Positions 51,601 to 62,653 of a stretch of DNA of 64,000 nucleotides are shown here, piece after piece. The notes beneath the pieces were generated by a model that worked only from the letters and a program-made list of their open reading frames with translations, had not been told where the DNA came from and did not search any database. Each line of letters begins with the position of its first letter. Position 1 is the stretch's first letter. This DNA comes from Lama guanicoe (Eukaryota). Location of the stretch: positions 1,414,927 through 1,478,926 of the forward strand of contig MU053513.1 of assembly GCA_013239625.1 (NCBI GenBank), in the 5' to 3' direction. The position numbers and the translations under genes are program-made.

Positions 51601-51829
51601 GAAATAAAAAGGTAGCTCCTATACAATTTGCATATCAGATTTGGGGAACGGCTTAAATAACTCCTCAATCAGTCCATAATCCAATTTCCCCAATGTGTAG
51701 CCAGGCATCTTAGGGTCCATGTCAGATATTATTAACTGCCCAGTCAACAGCTCTTCCCCTCTGTTTCCTGCTAAGAGGATCCTGGTTTGATTAGATCAGC
51801 AATGTACTCGCCTCGATGAGTGAATTGTA

Positions 51830-53005
51830 CATTCATCCCATAAATATTTATTCAGTACCTCTTACGTGCCAAGCACTCGAAGGATATGAGTGCAAAAGCA
51901 AACTCCTGCTTGTTTGCAGTTTCCATTCTAGTAGAGGAAGAAGATCAGAAACGATAAATATACCTAAAGAAACACTGTTTCTTCAGGGATCATATTTGTA
52001 ATAATGGTTTGTTACAAGATCAATGGCCTTATAAGGAAAAAGGAGAGCTGAGTAAAGGGAATGGAGATGCCAGTGATACAGGCAGGGAGCAGGTTGCAAT
52101 ACTAAACAGGGTGGTCAGGCTAGGCCTTGCTGAGAAGGTGAAATTAAAGCACAGACTTGAAAGAGGTGCAGGAGTGGGCCATGCTGGTGGCAAGGAGAAA
52201 AGCCTTCCAGACACAGGCGCAGCTAAAGCAAAGACTGAGGTGGGAGCACAGCTGGCACGTCAGGAACAGCCAGGGGGGCAGCAGGGCCGGAGCGCAGTGC
52301 AAAGGGGAGAGCAGCTGAGGATGACGTCAGAGAGTCACAAGGGTCCAGATGGTGCAAGACCTGGCAGGCACTGTGCAGTGTTTGGTTTTTTACTCTAAGT
52401 GAAATGGGGACCTTTGGGTGGGTTTTGAACAGAGGAATGACCAACATAATTTCAATTTTGAAAGGATCACTGACTACTGTGTTGAGAACAGACAGAGTAG
52501 TAGCCAGTACAGACACAGAAAGATTCGTTTGGAGGCTGTCACAGTGACCAAAGGAAAGAGCACTGTGTCTTGTACCAGCATGGTGGAGTGGAGGTGGTTA
52601 GCAGAGATCAGATTCAGGATATACTTTGGAGGTAGAGCCAATAGGATTTGCTTGTAGGTTGGATACAAAGTACGAAAGAGAAGTTAAGGTTGTCTCCAAG
52701 GTTTTTAGCCTGGCTGACGACAAGGGTGAAGTAGCCATCAGGTGAGAAGGGAGCTTAGTGTAGAGTGGATCCATGAAGGAACACCAGGAGGTCGCTTTTA
52801 GACATAAATTGGGTGGGAGGGCTGGGCTGGAGTATAAATGTGGGAGTCACTGCCATATAGTTGGTACTTAAACCATGTGACTGGAAGAGATCTCCAAGAG
52901 TGATTGTGGATAGAAAAGAGAAGAGACTCAAAGACGAAGAGAGCTTTTGCCGACATAAGGAGATCAGGAGAAGAAAACGACACCAAGGGAGATTAAGAAG
53001 GACAC
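51830..53005 (-). mobile_element. L2 (about 1.2 kb)
   Basis: ATTCATCCCATAAATATTTATTCAGTACC...GGGTTTTGAACAGAGGAATGAC...TTTTGAAAGGATCACT...GTACTTAAACCATGTGACTGGAAGAGATC. Confidence 0.75.
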
Positions 53006-53164
53006 TAGTCAGGTGACTGTGGCGCGACGCCCCGCCAGGCTCCTCCTCTCTGCCGCCCTGACAGAGGACGAGGGGACCCCGAGGGAGCTGCCAGTAACTG
53101 GAGCCCCCACAACAAAGGCCCAGCAAAAGCATAACTCTGCTTATTTCCAGATGCCTGGCTTTCA

Positions 53165-53690
53165 ATCAAAATTTTCAAATTGAGTGAAAATGAACGTACA
53201 GCATATCAAAAGTTGTGGGATGCAGCTAACACAACAGTTAGAAGGAAACCTGGAACATTAAATGTTGATGTTAGAAAGTAAGAAAATTCTCAAATCCATT
53301 ATCTAAGTTTCTGCCTTTAGAAATCAGGGGGGGAATGAGCAAAGTAAACCCAAAACAGGCAGAAAGAAGGAAAGAAAAAGGAAAACAGAAGAAACCAATA
53401 AAACTGAGAAAAGAAAAGCAACATGACAAACAGTACAATAAGGCAAAGAGCTGATTCATAGAAAAGATCAGTAACATTTGTAAACTCCGAGCAAGACTGA
53501 TCAAGAAAAGGAGAGGAGGCACAAATGACATAACACCAGGAATGAAAGAGAAGATATCATGACAGACAGTAAAAGAATAATAAAGGGATATTATGAAACA
53601 CTCTACACCTGTAAATAAAAGGACAAATTCCCTGAAAACCCCTGCTAAATCTCAGTCAGGAGGAAACAGATAATTTGACTAGTCCTCATC
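53165..53690 (+). mobile_element. Old L1 ORF2 internal fragment
   Basis: CATATCAAAAGTTGTGGGATGCAGCTAA...GAAAAGATCAGTAACATTTGTAAAC...AATAATAAAGGGATATTATGAA; reading frame broken. Confidence 0.75.
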
Positions 53691-54229
53691 TACAAGAATT
53701 TATCTGTATTTGCTGTTCCCTGCAATGTTTTCCCCCAGAGCTTTATAGTCACCATTCAGCTCAAGATCAGGTCTTCTCTGACCCCTCTAACTAAAGTAGG
53801 AATTTGTTTTTATAGTCTTCCAAGTATTTATACCACAGGAAGTTAAAGCTTATTTACTTTGATGTATGTCTGTCTCCCCACTTATCTGGCTTGTTCACCA
53901 GCGTATCCACAGGGCTCAGGACAGTGCTTGGAATGTGGCAGGCGCCCAACATTAAATGAACAGGACTTCACAGCCATTTCTTATCAGTCACCAATTTGGC
54001 TGGACTAAGAGAGGTCCATCTGGGGTGCAGACTTCAACAAGCCCTACTTCTCCATCCAAAGCCCGAGCTGATGATTCCTTCTGCTTAGTGTGTATCAGGC
54101 TGCTCTCTCGGCCCCCATCCAAAAGATTAAAGAAGTCAAATAAATTCAACCAATCTGCAGTAAAACACCAACCAGGAAACATTGTTTTTGCTTAAACGTA
54201 AGTGTGGTAGAAAGATGGTTTTTTCCCCT

Positions 54230-54338
54230 CCACAAACGACAGATGCTGGAGAGGCTGTGGAGAAAAGGGAGCCCTCCTACACTGCTGGTGGGAATGCAGT
54301 TTGGTGCAGCTGCTGTGGAAAACAGCGTGGAGATTCCT
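54230..54338 (+). mobile_element. Isolated ~110-bp L1 ORF2 C-terminal fragment
   Basis: GATGCTGGAGAGGCTGTGGAGAAAAGGGAGCCCTCCTACACTGCTGGTGGGAATGCAGTTTGGTGCAGC; peptide [18 protein letters not shown]. Confidence 0.85.
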
Positions 54339-55393
54339 GTTTACATATACATTTAATCATCTCAACACCCTGAGGATTAAGTATTATTATAATTCCTCCT
54401 TTATAGATAAGGAAACTGAACATACAGAAAATCTAAGTCACACAACCATCAACCATAGAACAAGGGGTGAAGTCCTGGCTGTCTGGGTCTGGAGTCTGGG
54501 CTCTCGGACGTGACACTAAGCTCTTACACTGAGGGGTAGGTTCCCTGCCTGGAAGACCCAAGGCACCTTCCTGTCCCAGCCCTCCCCCCATCCTTGTCGA
54601 CCAGTCACCCAGACCAGACACCGAGCAGACTAAGAGGCAAGTCCCTGGGCAGCACTGTCCTATCAGGGGAGGGCAGGCGGAGAGGGAGGGTTCCAGAAGG
54701 AAGAAGATCCAAAGGAGGAAGAGGAAGTATTTGGGGATTTAGTTCTTTTATTTTTTTCATGGGAGGAGAGGAAGTTTTTTCCCTAATCACCACAATAGAC
54801 CTCACCACGTGGCATGACCCCAGGTGTCTAGAACCAAGACTCACTCTCTTTGACTCAAACCCAGAATAAAGTACTGTTTTTTACCTTTTCCCAACAATTT
54901 TTATATGACTGACTGCAGATCAGAACATTTTTCCCAACGTGTTCCTGGCGCCAGCCTCCTCATAACAATTAGTAACAGGGAGACTTCCCAGTTCCAGTGT
55001 GAAGGGCCTGCATGCTTTTCACCTTCCAAGGGATATTTTTCCCAAGAGGGAAAAAATAAACCTAAACCACAGAGTTTTTCTCTTTTTCCTGCCAAGGTTG
55101 TTCCCTCGAATGAAAAACACAACTTTGTCCAGCCAAGAGGACAAAAATTAACTTAAAAAACGAAAAAAAAGACCCCCTGAAAAGTCCGATTCTCCAGGGC
55201 AAGTGAGGTCGGGTAGCCTGATGCCTACGCCACAGGATACGGCCTCCTGAAAGATTTAATAATTCTTCCACATCAGGCCCAGTAATGTTGCCCTCATAGC
55301 CAACAGCCCTTCGGGGAAAGTCAATTAACTCTAGGGTTTTCTTGCAAAAAGAAATTTGCTCTTTACTGTTTCCAAATGCTGCGCTTCTGACCT

Positions 55394-56440
55394 CAGTGGT
55401 TCTCAACCTACTAGACTCACCCCTTTTTATAGCAAATATTTTTCAGTGCTCCCTGGACTCCCCTAAAATGGAATTAATATAAGCATACCGACACCTACAG
55501 CTTTTTAACAAAACAACATAATGCCCTGACGATAACACAAAGGAGAAACAAAAAGAATGGAATTTATAATCAAGTAGCATGTCTGCCAGGAAGCTCAGGC
55601 ACGGCTGCACAGGAAGGCTAGGGAAGCCGTCAGTTCATCCACACATGGATTCTGCGGCAACGTGACATTTAATAGGGCCGGATTTGGGCGTGTTGTCGTG
55701 GGCATGCGGATGCCAAAAGCAGCCTGGCCACTGGGTGATGTGGTTTTTGAAACTGGGGAACAACTCTTGGTAAAGTTTGAAACAAGTCAAGTATATGTTC
55801 TTTCTTCAATTTACACAGCTGTTGAAGTCATGGAAAATTCAACCTTTTTTTAATCCATGCAAAAAATACTATAGACTAATGGACATAGAAAACAAACCAT
55901 GGTTACCAAAGGGAAAAAGGCGGGTAAGAGATAAACTAGGGGGTTAGGATTAACAGATACTCACTACTATGTATAGAATAGATAAACAACAAGGACCTAC
56001 TGTATAGCACAGGGAACTATATTCAATTTCTTGTAATAACCCATAATGGAAAGCAATCTGAAAAAAATATATATATGTATGTATATGTATGTATACATAT
56101 ATATATATGAATTGCTTTGCTGTGTACCTGAAATTAACATTGTAAATCAAGTACACTTCAATAAAAAACAAAATTTTTTTAAATACTATGAGTTTACACG
56201 TAAAATGTTATTAGGTTTTAGACTCATAATTATAAACAAAGTTTTTACCTACCTGAGTGACTGGTGAGACTCAAAACTTACATAGGACATCAAACAATTC
56301 TTCCCTGTGTAGGACGGCCCTGCGAATTGCAACTTTCTAGTATCCCCAGCCTTTGCCCATAAAACACCCATAGCGTCCCCTCAGACAACCAAAACTCCGA
56401 TTTTCCAACATGTCCTCTAGGGGACAGTGTCCTTCCTATG
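55394..56440. mobile_element. hAT/Charlie-like DNA transposon containing an L1 3' end
   Basis: Starts CAGTGGTTCTCAACC; MER20-like right part (~56290-56440); L1 3' UTR at ~55872-56175 (+) flanked by AAATACTAT repeats. Confidence 0.6.
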
Positions 56441-56912
56441 ATGATAGGACATACATTTGTCCGTGTTCTTATGAAATGAAAACACATATATTTTAAAAGA
56501 AATCTCACTTTTAAGTTCAATTTTTCAGACTTAGCATTGACTTTATTATCTGCATCAGAAGAGTGAAAATGTGTGAGTTTTGAAGTCATATCAGAGTTTA
56601 AACCTCAATTTCACCACTAACTACTGGGGTGATCTTAAGCAATCCTTTAACCTCTCTGATCACCAGTTTCTCAATAAAAGGGACAAATGATGCCTTTACA
56701 GCAGAACCACAAATTTAACTCATATCCAACTCAGCAATGTCTTGATTGTCCATAAACTAACCTGGCATTTCTCCCAGGCTCCCAATCACTGGTTAATGGG
56801 GAAAGGATTAACTGTATGTCCAACGTAATTTAAAATTAATTTAATCTGATAATTTAAACAATCCCTCTGGGCAATGCTGAGAATGTCTAAGGGGAAAAAA
56901 TGTTTAGGTTCT

Positions 56913-57060
56913 CAACTGGCTTCATGGGTCTGAGACCTGCGAAGTGGGGCCTCACATCTGGTTTAATGCTCTGCTATCACAGTCTTAAAATTCTTAATTT
57001 TTGAACAAGGGGCTTGTATTTTCATTTTCCACTCAGCCCAGAAAATTATGCAGCCAATGC
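56913..57060 (+). mobile_element. MER45A-like hAT-Tip100 element
   Basis: GGCTTCATGGG...GGTTTAATGCTCTGCT...AAATTCTTAAT...TTTTGAACAAGGGG...TTTTCATTTT...AAATTATGCAGCC. Confidence 0.8.
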
Positions 57061-58264
57061 CGGCCCTTGGGCAGCTGCCTTCTTCCCCTGCTCCTCTCCC
57101 TAAAATGACATGTGGATATCTGAGGAGAGGGGTGACTACTGTGTCCCTCACCCACCCTTACTGTGTTGGCTGCAGACTGTAGAGTGACCACTGTGTCCCT
57201 CACCCAGTCTACTGGCCTGGCAGTCCACCCTGCCTTGTCAGGCCTGGCTGGGAAGATGGTGCCTTGGAAGTCCTACCGGCTCTGGTCACACCAGCCATAA
57301 AACTTGGGACATAGGAGCAGCATAGGAAAACAAAACCACAGGATCTCCTTCTGACCATGGTGTTGCAGTCACACACCCAAGTTGGTACAGATGGACAGAA
57401 TAAAAGATGAGCTTTCCAGAGCCCCCAACTTGGAAATGAGCAATATCTCCCCCTCCTTGCCCTTACTATTACCCTCATTTTTGTGACACAATTTTTTCCC
57501 AAGCCATGGGAAAAATTACAAGACACAAATTATTATCTTCTCTTCCTATTCCTTTCACAATCTCCTTGGCCAAAAAAGATGTGGTGTGGGGGACGTCCTT
57601 ACATTCCTTATATCAAATCCTCCTGCTTCTTGATGTCAACATTGTTGAGCCTTAACTGTGTACAAGGTGCCTTCTCTACATACGATGGGGACCCTCTATG
57701 ATCTGAGTTTTCTGGGCTCAGCTAGTGATGTGTAAAACAGGAAATGAAGTAATTCGGCAAACCCTCCATCTCCAACACTACCTAACTAAAAGGTCAAGAG
57801 CTTGCCTTCTCTTTCTCCAGGACAGTAAATCTCACGTCTCCGTCTTAGAGGTCTGTCTGCCCTTTGCAATAAAATATCTCATAAGAGGGAAATTAAAATG
57901 TGTCCATTTAATGTTTGCAAAAATATTAAGCAAAGAACATTTGTCTTGCAGGTTGGTTTTGAGTTTTGGTTTTTAGTTTCCTTTCCTTTCAGCAACCCTA
58001 CCTTTTCCTTTTACAATTAATTCTTGAGTATATACACTATCTAAAGCAAGCAGAAGGAGAGCGTGCACGTGAGTATTCAGGGATGGAATCAGCTCCACTC
58101 CAAGTCTCCTATCTGAACCCTAGTCCTGTATCTTTCCCTGAATGGTCCGCTAGGTCCTCATACTCAGCATACCTAGAATTGAATCCGTTCCCCTTTCCCC
58201 AAAACTACCTTTCCTTCTTGACCTTCTTCTTTGATCAGCTGTTAAAAATAAAATGAGTTTAGAA

Positions 58265-58830
58265 CAACAATTCCCAACCTTTCCTAGTTCACGGCATCCT
58301 CAGCATCTTGTTAATTTTTTCACAGTGGCCCCAGACTGAAAGAAATTCTTGATAGTTTCATTTATTAAGTACTTAGGTCCATGTAAGTAGGCATGTCCTA
58401 ACAACTTAATTACATTTGAAAAATAGTACACATAAAATTTTAAATATTTATTTCTTAACCACCTTTACTTAGTAATGGGATGTATGCACCTGTTGAGCAC
58501 TACACAATCTTGGAATCAAATTGGACACCACCACCCTCACTTCCTGCTTCCCAATAATTTTCATGCAGTACTTGCTCTTTTTTTTTTCAGTACTTGCTTT
58601 TTATCACAGTAACCACCAAAAATCCAGCTTTGCAAAGATACAACAGCAGCAAAAGAAATGTATCATTATGATGTTGACACTGTGACCTACATCAAGCTAG
58701 TAATTTTTGTGATGTCCAGTAGTCATAGAATATAATTATGTTTCCCTCAAAATTTTAAAATATCCTATAACACCCCCTGTGAATTCACTGTGGTGTCCCA
58801 GTGCACCTCAGCCACAGTGTGGGAACTTCA
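58265..58830. mobile_element. hAT-like DNA transposon remnant
   Basis: Ends TTCCCAACCT... and ...CACAGTGTGGGAAC form a degenerate TIR; Charlie-like internal sequence. Confidence 0.55.
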
Positions 58831-58867
58831 GGGTTAGAATGATAGTTTGGAACACGCTTTGATAGAT

Positions 58868-59265
58868 CATTGCAGTAGTAACCCCCATGAACCACACCTC
58901 CCTGTACCCATGCTGCCACGCCAATGTGACTACTTTGGCCAATGGGACTTTAGTAAACGTGACACAGGCAGAGGCTTGAAAAATACATATACTTTGGGGT
59001 TTTCCCTCTCTTGCTGCTGGAACCCCTTCTACCGTCCGAGACAACCAGGCTACCCCCCTGGGGGATAAAAGACCTCATGGAGAGAGGGCCCAGTCATCCC
59101 AGCCACCCCAGATACGTGAATGAGGCCAACCTAGACCATGCACCTCAAGCCAAGATAACCCAGACCAAAAGAGTTGCCCACTGACCCCCAGAATCACAGA
59201 ACATAGTGAAACATTTTTTGTTTTAAACCACTATATTTTGGATGTTTTTTAGGCAACTAAATTCA
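58868..59265 (+). mobile_element. MaLR (MLT1) LTR
   Basis: TGTGACTACTTTGGCCAATGGGAC...GACCTCATGGAGAGAGGCCC...TTGTTTTAAACCACTATATTTTGG. Confidence 0.7.
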
Positions 59266-60169
59266 ATGATAGGATATTAAAACAATTGCACTTTATACTT
59301 TAGGTGATGGAAAATCAGTAAGAGAATTAATTTCTTAATTAAGTTGAATAGAGTTATTAAATAAATGAATGCATGATCATTCAATTATCCCCTTAAAATT
59401 CTTTTAGAAACACCTTGCGATTTCCAGTCAGAGCCTCAGGAAGAGCTCCTGAAGTTCATAAACATTTCATTGCCAATGAGATTAGGAAATTGACTTCATT
59501 TGTTTGAACCACAGTTCCTAAAATTATAATGTAAGTGATCATTAATCTATAAGAAAGCCTAATTGGAAAGGAAAATGGGAATTTTAATTTGGTTGTCAAA
59601 AAGGTGACTCGAAATCTTGTGAAGTATAAGAATAGCCCATTCAACCAGAAGCCAGGCCACTGACCACGGTAACTAAGTGGCTGAAATCCAGATGCAAACT
59701 CAGAACCAAATGGAAATGGCCTCGCAGCGGCAGAAATGTGTCTGCCACACAATGCTGAATCTGGATGCTAATCAGAGCCATTCCCAAGCAAATGCTATTT
59801 CAGTATAGCCACGTCTCAACCAGAACACACAGTCAGATGGAGCAGCTGTCAGCGGGGAGAGGAGGCTAACCATCCAAAAAACACGGGCATGACCTCCAAA
59901 GTACACCAGGGGCTCCTCTGCAGGACCACATGTTTCAGCGTGCTCAGGGAACATGACCTTTCTACAGCACAGCAAAGTCTGTTCTTTATAAGGATGAGGC
60001 TGTGTCATCAAGAAAATATTGAATGCTTGTGGAAATAAATTGAAAGCCGTTTGGTACGATTTCCATTAAAAATGATGAAGAAAAATAGTACAAGCTCTTA
60101 AAGGAATAAATGCTAGTTATCTAGAAATGTCACTTGTGTGGAAAATTCCACTTCCCAGGAGCCGCTGGG

Positions 60170-61400
60170 AATGATGACGATTTGGGCATGGCGGCGAGTT
60201 AGAGGCAACAGTGCAGCAGCAGCTCACCCTGGGCGGGTTACCATCTACGGCTTCAGTCTCTTCAGTGGAAGCAGCCTCCCGACCCTCAGCGCGCCCAGGG
60301 GGGACTGAGGCACGGGCTCTCCTCGGACAGCAGCCCAGCTTCCTGGGAAGGGGACGGAATGGGCTGGTGGAGGAGCAGGATGACCACTGCCTCCTTTAAG
60401 CCCGCAGGTGCGCTCCTTTCTGACCAGGTGAGGCTCGGCAGAGAAGGGAGAGGGATGGAGTCCGTAGCCACCGATCTCGAGGGGGCCAGGTCCTGTGTGA
60501 GAGTCCACGTGAGGAGGTGCCCAGCTGGAGAAGTCCAGCCCGATGCCCCATCTCCCGCCTGTGACCGAGAGCCTGCTCACCCCGCCCGGGAAACTGCCTG
60601 TGAGACAAAAGAATAAGGGAAAGCACCAGCGGCCACCGTGAACGCCGTGAACATGGCGGCGCAGACAGCCCACGCACAGGCAAAAATCTAATTAACCTGT
60701 TTTATGTAGTCACAGAAACTTTAGAAAATATAGACGAGGAAAGAGTGAGAGGGAAAAAGAACAAACTGTATACGTATATAACAAGTGTGTTCATATACAA
60801 AATGCTATATTAGAATCTTTTCTTCATTAATCAACATGTGCATCAGTGGAATCATTTTGAATCACTGCATCATATTCAATTTTGTACACACATGTTTTTC
60901 ATCAATCCTATGTTTTTCAGTATCCAAATTCTCTTTTGTTGTTGCTGTTATTTCTGGAGAATGTCGAGAAGCCCCAGTTCAATACTCAACGGAGCAACAG
61001 AAAGGAGTCTGCCAGATGGAAGTCAAAACTTCAGCCTTATTTTTGATAGAAGTTTGCTAGAGGACATGCGTTAGGTATGCTGCCCACTCAGACTCCTAAC
61101 ACGGTACCTGGAATTAAACGGAGTTTCCCAGACAGGCACAGACAGAGCCGGAAAACTCGGGCCTCCCCGGTGGAGGGAGGCGTCCCCAGAAAAGCGCCAC
61201 CTGGCGGAAGCTGATGAGAGCGCATGCTCCCTGAAGGCCCCCGGGTCCCAAGCGTGAGAGCGGCGGGAGCAGAGCCCTGACTCCACAACCCAGCAAGCCG
61301 CGTCTTTTCCCCTGGACAGGAGCGGGGGGTCAACCAGAAGGATTACGGAAGCGGCTGTCCCTCCACACGGAAACCAGGCAACAGCGGGTTACCCGCCCAA
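60170..61400. promoter_or_regulatory. CpG-enriched patches with CTCF and YY1 motifs
   Basis: CpG-rich 60170-60680 and 61080-61400; CATGGCGGC at ~60187 and ~60652; CCGCCAGGTGGCGC on minus strand at 61194-61207. Confidence 0.5.
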
Positions 61401-61499
61401 AGCCACTGTAAAACCAAGGTTGCAGTGAATATGCTTAACTTTATACCTTTCATTTGTCCTATTATTGTCTCAGAACAAATTTCTGAAAGTGGGATTCCT

Positions 61500-61712
61500 T
61501 ACTATATATAAAATAGACTAACAGGGTTCTACTGTATACCACAGGGAACTACACTCAATACCTTGTAATGGCCTAGAATGAAAAAGAATATGAAAAGGAA
61601 TATATATATATATACACACACACATACATACATACAACTGAATCACTATGCTGTACACCAGAAATTAACACATTATATATCAACTATACTACAATAAAAA
61701 TAATAATAAATA
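61500..61712 (+). mobile_element. L1 3' end with 14-bp TSD, inside an older antisense L1 remnant
   Basis: TSD AAAGTGGGATTCCT at 61486-61499 and 61713-61726. Confidence 0.9.
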
Positions 61713-62653
61713 AAAGTGGGATTCCTAGTCAAAGCTAAAAGCATTTCTGAAACTTCTCACATATACTATCCAATTGCAGAGAAATTCACACCCTTCGCTA
61801 TTGTGATAGGTTCAAATAGTATCTCATTATTGTTTGGTTTGCATTTCTCCACATACAAATTTTTCCATATATGTATTGGCCATTTTATTTCTTCTCTTCT
61901 AACTGCTTTAATATGCCCTTTGCCCATTTCTCTACTGAAATTTTCATATTCTTCTTCATTTGTAAGATGCAAAAATATTTAAGCAAGTCACTCCTTAATC
62001 TTAGAATTGTGATGCGTCGTGTAGCACTTAGAATCATAAGCTTAACAAAGCACGATACTGAGACTGAGAGTGGCATTTCCATATTTATTAGAACTTCTAC
62101 TCATACGAAAACAAGAACCCATTTGAAGAAGAGACAGATTTCTGGCAAAGGTCAGTGTCTTCTGATATTAAGTCTATGTGCTGATATTCTTATTCCAAAT
62201 TTTAAGAAACTTGATCATTGATCCAGAAATTTCAAATCTGAAAAATCTTTATGGATGAGCTTTATTTCATTACATATTCAATACATGAAAAACTGAAATT
62301 TTGGAGAAAAAAGTAACTACTTATCTTCTTTATGGAAAGATCACCGTCAGAAGCTTCAGGAATAAACTCCTGACGGAGGCAAGGTGCACTGCCAGAATGA
62401 CTGAACTCATACAGACGCTATAGAACTAACAGTTCCCAGGATGTTGATCCACAACTGGCTGAGGATAACTACTTTCTATTTCTAGGCGTTACCATTGGCC
62501 ACTGACAAATGGAATACTCTTTAAAAAACTTTTTATGGATTATTCAATGATGTTTTTATAAAAGTCTTTAAGCAATGGATATTGAACAATTGCTAGTAAA
62601 CAATGCCTTCCAAAAATGCCCTTAGCCACTCTTTCTGTTAAGAAAATTACCAA

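Noticed and set aside
57132..57206. Repeat-spacer-repeat as a CRISPR array
   Set aside because: Only two repeats, mammalian context, no cas genes
155..62221. The many 60-170 aa ORFs in the track
   Set aside because: No recognisable domains, many start at non-ATG codons or lie in repeats and microsatellites; consistent with chance ORFs
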